Positions 10,217 through 18,193 of a stretch of 64,000 bases of DNA are shown here, piece by piece. This DNA comes from an uncultured Gammaproteobacteria bacterium. GTDB lineage: Bacteria; Patescibacteriota; Microgenomatia; Woykebacterales; RBG-16-39-9b. The notes under the pieces were generated by a model. It was given only the letters and a program-made list of their open reading frames with translations, made no database searches and had not been told where the DNA came from. A program made the position numbers and the translations under genes. How positions within the stretch are numbered: position 1 is the stretch's first letter; each line of letters opens with the position of its first letter. The stretch covers positions 81,739 through 145,738 of the forward strand of contig OZ246414.1 of assembly GCA_965231125.1 (NCBI GenBank), given 5' to 3'.

Positions 10217-10256
10217 GCCCACCTTGTGTTTTCACCAGGTGGGCTTTACTTTTTTA
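10217..10256. terminator. bidirectional terminator hairpin
   Basis: AGCCCACC-14nt-GGTGGGCT flanked by A/T runs, between convergent genes. Confidence 0.5.
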
Positions 10257-10716
10257 ATAACTCTCTTGCTTTTCGGAAAATTTCTTTATCACTTTTGAAG
10301 GAGAGGGTTCCTTCAACCTCATCGCTTGGTATCCACTGCGCGTCTTCCATTTCCCAATCGTGATCCGCTGGATCACCGGACAAATATTCCATCAGAAAAT
10401 ACGTAACTTTTTTCTTAACTAGCTGGCCTTCGAGTTTGTAGAAATATTCTATTGGTGAGAATTCTTGGACTATCTTTGCTTCCACTCCGCCTTCTTCTTT
10501 TACTTCGCGGACGGCAGTTGTTTGTCTGTCTTCGCCCGGATCAATAAGACCTTTGGGAAAAACCCAACCGTGGTGTTGGGAATGCTTTGTAAGGAGAATA
10601 TGAATTTGACTGTCCTCTTTTTTTAGTCCGGCTGGACGCAAGCTCCGCTTTAGTCGAGGACGTAAGCTCCGCTTATAGACAATGCCGCCAGCGCTTTTTT
10701 CAAATTTAAGAGCCAT
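10246..10716 (-). CDS. NUDIX hydrolase
   Basis: Nudix box GPGEDRQTTAVREVKEEGGV. The N-terminus contains a short tandem peptide repeat (SLRPRLKRSLRP). Confidence 0.8.
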   Translation of the reverse strand: MALKFEKSAGGIVYKRSLRPRLKRSLRPAGLKKEDSQIHILLTKHSQHHGWVFPKGLIDPGEDRQTTAVREVKEEGGVEAKIVQEFSPIEYFYKLEGQLVKKKVTYFLMEYLSGDPADHDWEMEDAQWIPSDEVEGTLSFKSDKEIFRKARELLKK

Positions 10717-10783
10717 GTTTTTGCCTTTCAGCTTACTCTCTGGTAAAATTATACGCGTTTTTGAGGTAAAAAAGTAAATTCTT

Positions 10784-10859
10784 GCCCCCGTAGCTCAGTG
10801 GATAGAGCGCAACGTTGCGGACGTTGAGGCCGGAGGTTCGAATCCTCTCGGGGGCACCA
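10784..10859 (+). tRNA. tRNA-Arg (anticodon read as GCG)
   Basis: 76-nt cloverleaf with anticodon stem CAACG/CGTTG and loop TTGCGGA. A GCG anticodon is unusual for bacteria, so the reading should be confirmed. Confidence 0.65.
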
Positions 10860-10860
10860 T

Positions 10861-10950
10861 GGAGGGATGCCGGAGTGGTTTAACGGCCAGGTCTCGAAAA
10901 CCTTGGGTCCCGTAAGGGGCACGGAGGTTCAAATCCTCCTCCCTCCGCCA
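10861..10950 (+). tRNA. tRNA-Ser (anticodon CGA), type II
   Basis: GGAGGGATGCCGGAGTGG..CTCGAAA loop..long variable arm..GGTTCAAATCCTCCTCCCTCCGCCA. Confidence 0.75.
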
Positions 10951-11019
10951 CTAATATTGTCCCAGTAGCTCAGTGGAAAGATCGCTACGCGCTCTGCGAC
11001 CACTTCGTAGTCTAAAAGC

Positions 11020-11095
11020 GCAAAAACATGTCCCTGTGGCTCAATGGATAGAGCACCAGTTTCCGGAACTGGGGATTGAGAGTTCGAATCTCTCC
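11020..11095 (+). tRNA. tRNA-Arg (anticodon CCG)
   Basis: GTCCCTGTGGCTCAATGGATAGAGC..CCAGT TTCCGGA ACTGG..GAGAGTTCGAATCTCTCCAGGGACACCA. Confidence 0.8.
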
Positions 11096-11123
11096 AGGGA
11101 CACCACTACCTTCTTAATATCAT

Positions 11124-11762
11124 TTAGCTGGCCATTTTGTGGAATAATTTTGAAAGGGTTTCGCCCAGACTGTCCATCCAAGAAGTTTTTGGAACTTCGC
11201 GGTAGGGCAAATATCTAAGCAGCGCGGATTTAACTTTTTCTTTTTCTTTGGGGTCAATAATCATTATTAACCTAGCTGGAAAATTTACTAAAGTGTCTAT
11301 GTTAAGGACGGTTGACCCGTGTTTTTCGGTAAACCAAAAATCATAAAGTTCTTCCCAAAGATAGTTGTGAGTGCCCGTGATAATACCTTGATTGGTAATT
11401 TTATGATTAAGGTTATCTGGTGGAACGGAAGCCAAAACGTAAGCTAAAAAGGCTATCGCCAAAACGGGCGCAATTATGAAAAACTCCCTAACAAAAACCA
11501 GAATTAGAATAATTAAAATTGTCAGCAAGACAACGTACATAAGCCATTTTTTCCCTCGCGGAATAAAAACGTGGGCGGGGGAGGCCCACTCATACAAGGT
11601 TTTTACCTCAAACTCGCCCTCTCCCTCCTGACCTTCAAGTTCAGCTATTTTTGAGTGAAGACTATCAAGTTGTTCTTTTAACCCTGCGATTTGGTTTTCT
11701 TTGCCAGCTTGAGGGTTTGGAGAAGGGTTTCTCTTAAAAAACCGTTTTTGAGCAGACGCCAT
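11124..11762 (-). CDS. hypothetical membrane protein with N-terminal coiled coil
   Basis: N-terminal coiled coil (KEQLDSLHSKIAELEGQEGE), then two TM segments. Confidence 0.4.
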   Translation of the reverse strand: MASAQKRFFKRNPSPNPQAGKENQIAGLKEQLDSLHSKIAELEGQEGEGEFEVKTLYEWASPAHVFIPRGKKWLMYVVLLTILIILILVFVREFFIIAPVLAIAFLAYVLASVPPDNLNHKITNQGIITGTHNYLWEELYDFWFTEKHGSTVLNIDTLVNFPARLIMIIDPKEKEKVKSALLRYLPYREVPKTSWMDSLGETLSKLFHKMAS

Positions 11763-11845
11763 ATATTTTTATGATACTACTAAATTTGCGCTTTTCCAAG
11801 AGCCGTTGAATTTAACCAGCCTTTTTGTTAGAATTTGCACACTCT

Positions 11846-11935
11846 GGAGGGGTCGCATAGCTGGTCCATTGCACGGGTTTGCTAAACCCGCGAGCCTTTT
11901 GGCTCACGTGGGTTCGAATCCCACCCCCTCCGCCA
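11846..11935 (+). tRNA. tRNA-Ser (anticodon GCT), type II
   Basis: GGAGGGGTCGCATAGCTGG..CGGGT TTGCTAA ACCCG..GGGTTCGAATCCCACCCCCTCCGCCA. Confidence 0.8.
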
Positions 11936-12025
11936 GGAGAGGTGGCCGAGTGGTTTAAGGCGACGGTCTTGAAAACCGTTTCCCGAGTAATCGGGACGGG
12001 GGTTCGAATCCCTCCCTCTCCGCCA
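11936..12025 (+). tRNA. tRNA-Ser (anticodon TGA), type II
   Basis: GGAGAGGTGGCCGAGTGG..ACGGT CTTGAAA ACCGT..GGGGGTTCGAATCCCTCCCTCTCCGCCA. Directly abuts the previous tRNA. Confidence 0.8.
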
Positions 12026-12035
12026 GCTTTATCCT

Positions 12036-12704
12036 TTATCTAGATCTAGCCAGAGTTAATCCCCAAACTTTTTCGGCGCCGGCCCTCTTCAAAACTGTCG
12101 CGCAGTTTTTTAAAGTGGCCCCAGAAGTCCAAACGTCATCAAAAAGTAAAAAACCTTCTCCCCGAACAGAGTCTTTATCGATGCACTCGAAAGCCTCTTT
12201 CACATTTTCTTTTCTTTTTTCGCGAGACAAATTAACCTGCGCCCTTGTGGCTTTTTCTCTTTTTAAAATTCCTGTTTTTAACTTCAGTTTTAATTTTTCG
12301 GCCAAAAAACTTGCTAGAAGTTCTGACTGATTAAAATCTCGCCATCTTTGTCTTCCTCCATGTAAAGGTATCGGCGTTAGATAAAATTTTTCAAGAAAGC
12401 TTGGCAATTTAGGGTTTACGTACTCAACCAAACTTTCGGCTAAATCTTTAACAAACTTATATTTTAATTTATACAAGGCTTGGGGGATTGGGTCCGAGTA
12501 ATAAACCAAGCAGTAGAGGCCGTTCAAAGCCAGTCTCGTTTGACATTTTGGGTGGGTTGTACCAAGAATTGAGGCTCTTCCGCAAACGGGGCACGTATGG
12601 TTTGTAACGAACTGAATATTTTTCCGACACTGCCGGCAAATATAAAAACCAAGCTTGCCGCAACCCACACATGTTTTCGGAAAAACTAAATCCAATAGCC
12701 CCAT
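12036..12704 (-). CDS. comFC: ComF family protein (phosphoribosyltransferase domain)
   Basis: N-terminal Cys4 zinc finger (CVGCG..CRQC..CPVCG..HPKC) and a C-terminal PRTase motif (LLFDDVWTSGATL). The start is probably at the internal Met (MGLLDLVF), because the annotated first codons overlap the tmRNA terminator hairpin. Confidence 0.7.
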   Translation of the reverse strand: MGLLDLVFPKTCVGCGKLGFYICRQCRKNIQFVTNHTCPVCGRASILGTTHPKCQTRLALNGLYCLVYYSDPIPQALYKLKYKFVKDLAESLVEYVNPKLPSFLEKFYLTPIPLHGGRQRWRDFNQSELLASFLAEKLKLKLKTGILKREKATRAQVNLSREKRKENVKEAFECIDKDSVRGEGFLLFDDVWTSGATLKNCATVLKRAGAEKVWGLTLARSR

Positions 12705-12746
12705 AAATATAGGTACACAAAAACCCACCTTTTAAGTGGGTTTTTG

Positions 12747-13112
12747 TGGTGGTGGAGATGATGGGTATTGCACCCATGTCCGTGAAAGAATGATAACCAG
12801 ATACTACAAGCTTAGCTAACCTTAATCTCCTTTGGCTCCTACCGGTTAGCAGGATCAGTACCAAAGCAGGTTGTTGATAAGTTCTGAGTAGATTTAGGTT
12901 ACCAACCTAAAAATAATCGTCTTGGCTCCTGTTGCACTCTTAGGGCTTCACCAAGATAAAGCTTAAAAGAGCGCTCGATTACGCGAAAGCGAGTCGAGAT
13001 GAAAATGCCTTGTTGGCATTTACGAATTTGCCTGCAGATTTAACGGCTTCTAACAAGCTTATGCCGGCTTGCATCTAACTCACCAGTCTCACCGTCGAAA
13101 TTAGACATCCCC
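12747..13112 (-). ncRNA. ssrA: tmRNA (ssrA)
   Basis: Minus-strand sequence begins GGGGATGTCTAATTTCGACGG (compare the canonical GGGGcUGAUUCUGGAUUCGACGGG). It ends ...CGGACATGGGTGCAATACCCATCATCTCCACCA(CCA), a tRNA-like 3' end. An internal tag reading frame, ANKAFSSRLAFA followed by a stop, is present. It lies directly adjacent to smpB. Confidence 0.75.
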
Positions 13113-13145
13113 ATGCTAGCCACTAGACTCTAGCGACTAGGATTC

Positions 13146-13610
13146 TTAATTAGATTGTTTTTGTGCTTTTAATTTTGTCTCGCGAAGAATAGACTCGGCT
13201 TCTCTGTCCAAAGCCCTCTTCTTTAGGGCCTCTCGTTTATCTACTTTCTTTTTGGCCCGAGCCAGAGCAACCTCTACCTTCACCAGATTATGCTTAGTAT
13301 ACACCTTTATAGGCACAATTGTCAAGGAGGAGGTGGTTAGCTTGCCAGCTAGGTGATCTATCTCGTCCCGACGCAAAAGGAGCTTGCGCTTCCTTCTCGG
13401 GTCATAAGAAGGGTCAATTGCAAGTTTGTACGGTGATATATAGGCATTAATTAAAAACGCTTCGGCTCCATCAATTCTCACGTAAGAATCTGCAAGAGTC
13501 GCACTACCTTCTTTTAGAGACTTTACTTCGGCTCCAGAAAGCGCCATTCCCGCCTCAAATTTTTCGTAAAGAAGATAGTTGTAACGCGCCTTTTTATTTA
13601 CTACGCTCAT
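13146..13610 (-). CDS. smpB: SsrA-binding protein
   Basis: N-terminal NKKARYNY..KFEAG(I/M)AL.G.EVKSL motif characteristic of SmpB. Confidence 0.85.
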   Translation of the reverse strand: MSVVNKKARYNYLLYEKFEAGMALSGAEVKSLKEGSATLADSYVRIDGAEAFLINAYISPYKLAIDPSYDPRRKRKLLLRRDEIDHLAGKLTTSSLTIVPIKVYTKHNLVKVEVALARAKKKVDKREALKKRALDREAESILRETKLKAQKQSN

Positions 13611-15517
13611 TTATAGTTAAAAACTTTTATGTTGCTGCCGATAGCAGCGTAAATCTTTTTATGTGTTTCGTCCACCGTGAAACTAGACGCGTTACCTAGA
13701 TCATCAGATTTATATTGCGAAACGTAATTTCCACTTTTGGCTAAAATTACAATCCGTTTTCCACCTTTATCCAGAACAAAAATATTGTTACTACTTGCGC
13801 TTGTGTATAGACCGGCGATTTCTCCAAAAGGAGTGTCCAACCCGTTTATTTCAAAATTTTGTTTTTTCCCGGTCAAGAAGTTAAGCAGCGCTCCATTTTT
13901 ACTTCCAATCCAAACTGAACCGTCAATCGCTATCGCCGAAGAAGTGCCTAAATCTGGATTTCCCCGAAAATAGTTCTGGGGCGCTGAAAGACTTGTACCA
14001 TTTCCTAGGTATTTCCAAACCTGTTTCTTTTCTTGATCAAGTAAATAAAGGTTACTTTGATAAGTAGCGGCGCCCACAATTTTCCCCCAACCTGAACTGG
14101 CTCCGGCAAGATTGGTTGTGGTTCCAGAACCTAGGTCCAACTTTTCAATACTGAGGGCTGTCTGAAGATAAAGTACGTTTTCGAAAGAAGCGACTGTATT
14201 TAAACCGACTTTCCTACCCACTTCTTTTTCTTCTTTGGTAGAAAGGTCAACTGCAAATAGTCTCGATTGATTTCTGTCCAAGGCCACCAATGTATTTCCC
14301 ACCACAAGCAAGGTAGATAAATTTGTATCTGAACTAAAGGAGTAAAAACTCCCAAGAGTTGTCTGATAAGCTTTGTTGACGGCTTTTTCCAAAGATTCAA
14401 AACGGGCTTGGAGAGAGTTCAACTTGTTGCTTTTAATTTCCGTTTCTTGCGCCTTTCCCAAATCCTCCCGAATTTGGGCGAGTGTCTTTTTTGCCCCCGT
14501 CGGATCTATAGAATTGAGACTCTCGGCATCAGAGATCTCCGCTTCTATAGAAGCGAGTTTTTTATTAAATTCGGCTACTTTCGCCGAGTTTGTCCGGTGA
14601 ACAAGCGCTCCCGCAATACTTAGTACCAAGAGAATAATTAAAACGCCGGCTATTTGAATCGATCTCGCTCTACGCCTTTTTGCTGGGTCTTCAATATGGC
14701 CAAGTTCACGGGCTTTCCAAGGCTCGGCTATTTTGTTCCACACCCAATTTAAAATTTTTAGTGCTTCATTTCGCAAAGACCCAACTGCGGGTTTTAACTG
14801 GCTTGTTATCAAAGATGCCGCTTGTGCCGAGCCGGATCTTAGATTTTCTATTAATGAGCCTATCTCAAATTTACTAGTGTCCCTAGCCTCAATTACCTCA
14901 CTGCTTTTATCTTGGTGTTCTTCAAGGTAAATTTTAAACGCCAAGGCAGCTGCTCCCTCTGCACTACTTACTTGCTCCTCAACTTCGTTAAGATATTCTC
15001 GAAACTCAGTTTTGTCTTGGGAAAACTTTTCGATCTCAACTGATTCTAAAAATTTCTTGTTAGTTAAAAATACTATGTCGCCTTCTTTTACTGACCCTGA
15101 AGCAGTTTTTTCAAATTTAAGAACTTTAAAGGCGTCACCCCTTTGAAAAACTACTTCCGTTCCAGCGGTCTTGACTAAGTACAAAACTTCACCCCACAAA
15201 ACGGCGGCGACAACGTTTATTAGCGAAGGGGCGGATGAATCCTGCTCGACAGACTTTAAGGAGTGCGCGAGAGCCCCCTCAAGCGTCGCTAGATTACTTC
15301 CGACGGAGCTGGCGTAATAAGCTTCCTGAAAGCTTTGGCAAAAGCTCTGGGCGAGTCTCTGTGCCATATCTGCTTGAACAGTAACTAATATGAAAAGGGT
15401 GCCCTTTGTGCTCCTCAACTCTTCCGTCTCAGGAGAAAATTGATGCGTAGTTGAAAAGCCTCCTTTTATTTCCTTACCTTTTATTCCCGCTGCTTGGGTG
15501 GAAAGTATCCTCGTCAT
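13607..15517 (-). CDS. large membrane-anchored hypothetical protein with C-terminal beta-propeller-like repeats
   Basis: 636 aa with a central TM (IAGVLIILLVLSIAGALV), a coiled-coil segment and repeated hydrophobic-LD motifs at the C-terminus. Overlaps smpB by 4 nt. Confidence 0.4.
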   Translation of the reverse strand: MTRILSTQAAGIKGKEIKGGFSTTHQFSPETEELRSTKGTLFILVTVQADMAQRLAQSFCQSFQEAYYASSVGSNLATLEGALAHSLKSVEQDSSAPSLINVVAAVLWGEVLYLVKTAGTEVVFQRGDAFKVLKFEKTASGSVKEGDIVFLTNKKFLESVEIEKFSQDKTEFREYLNEVEEQVSSAEGAAALAFKIYLEEHQDKSSEVIEARDTSKFEIGSLIENLRSGSAQAASLITSQLKPAVGSLRNEALKILNWVWNKIAEPWKARELGHIEDPAKRRRARSIQIAGVLIILLVLSIAGALVHRTNSAKVAEFNKKLASIEAEISDAESLNSIDPTGAKKTLAQIREDLGKAQETEIKSNKLNSLQARFESLEKAVNKAYQTTLGSFYSFSSDTNLSTLLVVGNTLVALDRNQSRLFAVDLSTKEEKEVGRKVGLNTVASFENVLYLQTALSIEKLDLGSGTTTNLAGASSGWGKIVGAATYQSNLYLLDQEKKQVWKYLGNGTSLSAPQNYFRGNPDLGTSSAIAIDGSVWIGSKNGALLNFLTGKKQNFEINGLDTPFGEIAGLYTSASSNNIFVLDKGGKRIVILAKSGNYVSQYKSDDLGNASSFTVDETHKKIYAAIGSNIKVFNYK

Positions 15518-15750
15518 ACTTTGAAAATTTTCAATAAAGAGACTACTAAAACTGCAGTCCCGGCCACAAATTGGGCTAAGGCTAGAATTTTAAGAAGGTG
15601 GTTAGCATTGCGATCAACCACCGAGCACATTACGTTTACTTGTTTTATTACCAAAGCGGAGAAAAAAACATACCCAACTAAAAAGACGATCGTAACCAAA
15701 CTAACTATAAGGTCGATCGAGGCCGGAATAGTAAGATTTCCTACTTGCAT
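15514..15750 (-). CDS. small 2-TM membrane protein
   Basis: 78 aa, hydrophobic. 4-nt overlap with the downstream gene. Confidence 0.35.
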   Translation of the reverse strand: MQVGNLTIPASIDLIVSLVTIVFLVGYVFFSALVIKQVNVMCSVVDRNANHLLKILALAQFVAGTAVLVVSLLKIFKV

Positions 15751-15751
15751 A

Positions 15752-16321
15752 TCAGTTTAACCCTCCGCGTTTTCTCTTTTGACTCAGCAAATTTATTATT
15801 GTTTTCTGAACCAAGTTTGGGTTTGGAATAGCCGTAAACTCAAAACTAGGATTTTCACCGGCGGTCTCAATCACCAAATCCCCATAATTAAATAGAAGCT
15901 GGGCTACCCCGCCCCTTTTTTGAGTTACATCTTGAATGTTATCGATCGTTGTAGACGATATTTGCTTATAAAAAAGGTTAAAAAAATCAACGTCGACTAT
16001 TCTTTTATTAGTCACGATATAAACATTAAAAAACCAAACAAGAAACCTTTGGAATGCAAAGGCAAAAACAAATAAATACCAAGATACAATAAGTATAAGT
16101 TGGGTGCTGGCTGTCAAATTGAAACCTTTAAAGGTGTTGTCTCCCGTAAACACCAGTTTTAACGCTGGTGGAATTAAAATAAGGATGGCCGTTAAAACAA
16201 TCCACCAAAAGTTTGTAAAAAAATGCGCCCGGGAAAAAACAACCACCTCTTCATCATCCGCTTGGGTTTCAAAATGAGGCAGTTTCTTGGCTTCTGTATC
16301 TTCGCTGGCGGCCGCGCTCAT
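15752..16321 (-). CDS. bacterial PH-domain (YdbS/YdbT-like, DUF304) membrane protein
   Basis: Two TM segments followed by a bPH_2-like C-terminal domain. Confidence 0.45.
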   Translation of the reverse strand: MSAAASEDTEAKKLPHFETQADDEEVVVFSRAHFFTNFWWIVLTAILILIPPALKLVFTGDNTFKGFNLTASTQLILIVSWYLFVFAFAFQRFLVWFFNVYIVTNKRIVDVDFFNLFYKQISSTTIDNIQDVTQKRGGVAQLLFNYGDLVIETAGENPSFEFTAIPNPNLVQKTIINLLSQKRKRGGLN

Positions 16322-16367
16322 TGCTTTATTCTAGCGATCGGCGCTGAATCGGTCAACAACTACAGTG

Positions 16368-18122
16368 CTATTTTATTACCACGTCAAAAAGGTTAGTTGT
16401 TAAAGAAAGGGTCCCGGGCGATCGCACGTGATAAATGGAACTGAAGAAAGAAGCGCCAAAAGTTTTTCCGGAAGGGTATTTAGAGCTGACAAAGGTCACC
16501 GATGAGGTGTGCCCTCTATTATCATAGCCGATAAATATACCACTATCATCAAGATTCCCAACGTCTTTTACACCCCGTGTATTTAGTTCGCTGATAACTT
16601 TACTACTACCCCAGCCAGCCGGGCCCAAACACCCATCGGTCGGTGAAAGGTGTTGATTGTAGCTACTGGATACTTGGGAAAGTAACGCCGCGTTGAAAAT
16701 ATCGGTAACCTGCGCCTTCGCTAGCCAAGGGAAATAGCTTCCACCGCAGCGGGAATTGCCCCACGCTTTATGAAACCATGGGGAAGATTTGTCATAAGCC
16801 CCCTTTGGCCAGCTACCGGAATAATCCTTAATACCGATAGCATAAGGTACGTTTGACCCCCAAACTTCTTGCGCCGACAACGTGTAGCCGCCAGCGGTTG
16901 AGGCGTACCAAGCCGTTATTGGTGAACCGCCGTAAGTAATAACAACTCCTTTAGTTGCTTTAACTGCACTGCACCAACGTGCGTTATAGGTACCGCTACA
17001 ATTGGCGTTGCTGGCATTATAAACTTGACAAGCCTGCGTTGTGCAAATTGCCGATCCTGGATTATTATTTAGCCAATTTAGGGCGTACGTGCGGGCGGCC
17101 ACTGCTTGGGCTTTTAAAGCCCCGCTCGGCCAGCTTCTTGGCATTTCGGAAATTCCCAGCAAATATTTATCTTCAAAGGAAATGGACCCGTAACCGGCAA
17201 CATTAATTTTAGACGGCACGGAATATTTTCCAACTGAAACTCCGGAATAGTACGCTTTCAAAATGGCTAAGTAGCTTTGTCCAGCAGCCGCGCGACCGTA
17301 AGCGCCGTATTGATTCATCCCAACTCGGTGCGGATAACCGTAGGAGGCAAATGCATAGGCTGGAGAAAACCCTGCGTTCGGCAGCGGTGTAGATGGTGGT
17401 GCTTGGTCCCCAATAGTTTGGTTTTCTTTGGCAGCGGCCAATTTCTTCGCAATTAGCTCTTTTTGTTTTTCTGTTAAGTTTTTCAAGTTGGAATTTATCT
17501 GGGCGAGTTTGCCTTGCAGGGCATTTTGTTGGTTGTTGACATAGTAATATTGAGAGGTAGTAGCGGCTAGTTGACTTGCAATTCTGGCGGCCGCCGTCTC
17601 TAAATCCTTTTTATCCAAGGCAATTTGGGCACGGGTTTCTTCGGCTAGTGCGATTTCTTTGTTCACATCTTTGATCAAATCCTCACTTTCACCTACAACC
17701 TTTTCCTGATAAACGGAAAGGGCAGTAAAATTCTGGAAATCGGCGCTTGCTAAGAAAAGCTCGAGCCCGGCGTTCGGCGGGTTCATGTAAAGGGCTCTTA
17801 TTTGTTCGTCTCTAATTTTAGTAAGGAAAGCTAAAGTCTCCTTTTTCTGGGAAAGATCCTTTTCGATCCTTTCCAAACTTTTCCGCACAGAAGCTACTTT
17901 CTTATTAGCTGCGGCCAACTGCGCTTGGGTTCCATAAATTGTGTTGGAAAGATAGGTTATATCTTTCCTTATTTGAGAGAGATCTGCCTGAGTTTGAGAA
18001 TAATCAGATTTGTTTTTATCAATGCCCTTCTGAACATCAAGCAGATCATCCGCTTTTACACGGGAAATGAAGGCACTGAATATCAGTAAACCGAAGAAAG
18101 AAATTAGGACAGCCTTTTTCAT
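16368..18122 (-). CDS. SpoIID/LytB-domain protein with N-terminal coiled coil
   Basis: Signal peptide, long coiled coil, then a SpoIID/LytB core (GISEMPRSWPSGALKAQAVAARTYAL). Confidence 0.6.
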   Translation of the reverse strand: MKKAVLISFFGLLIFSAFISRVKADDLLDVQKGIDKNKSDYSQTQADLSQIRKDITYLSNTIYGTQAQLAAANKKVASVRKSLERIEKDLSQKKETLAFLTKIRDEQIRALYMNPPNAGLELFLASADFQNFTALSVYQEKVVGESEDLIKDVNKEIALAEETRAQIALDKKDLETAAARIASQLAATTSQYYYVNNQQNALQGKLAQINSNLKNLTEKQKELIAKKLAAAKENQTIGDQAPPSTPLPNAGFSPAYAFASYGYPHRVGMNQYGAYGRAAAGQSYLAILKAYYSGVSVGKYSVPSKINVAGYGSISFEDKYLLGISEMPRSWPSGALKAQAVAARTYALNWLNNNPGSAICTTQACQVYNASNANCSGTYNARWCSAVKATKGVVITYGGSPITAWYASTAGGYTLSAQEVWGSNVPYAIGIKDYSGSWPKGAYDKSSPWFHKAWGNSRCGGSYFPWLAKAQVTDIFNAALLSQVSSSYNQHLSPTDGCLGPAGWGSSKVISELNTRGVKDVGNLDDSGIFIGYDNRGHTSSVTFVSSKYPSGKTFGASFFSSIYHVRSPGTLSLTTNLFDVVIK

Positions 18123-18193
18123 GGACTAATTATACTTCAACCCAAAGAGAACTCAAAATTTCCAGGGCTAATTTCTATTTCCCAACTTGTCTC

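Noticed and set aside
10973-11218. 81-aa plus-strand ORF
   Set aside because: It runs through tRNA-Arg(CCG) and the tRNA fragment, and has no SD. It is a spurious ORF across RNA genes.
12469-12864. 131-aa minus-strand ORF
   Set aside because: It overlaps comFC in another frame and the tmRNA gene. It is spurious.
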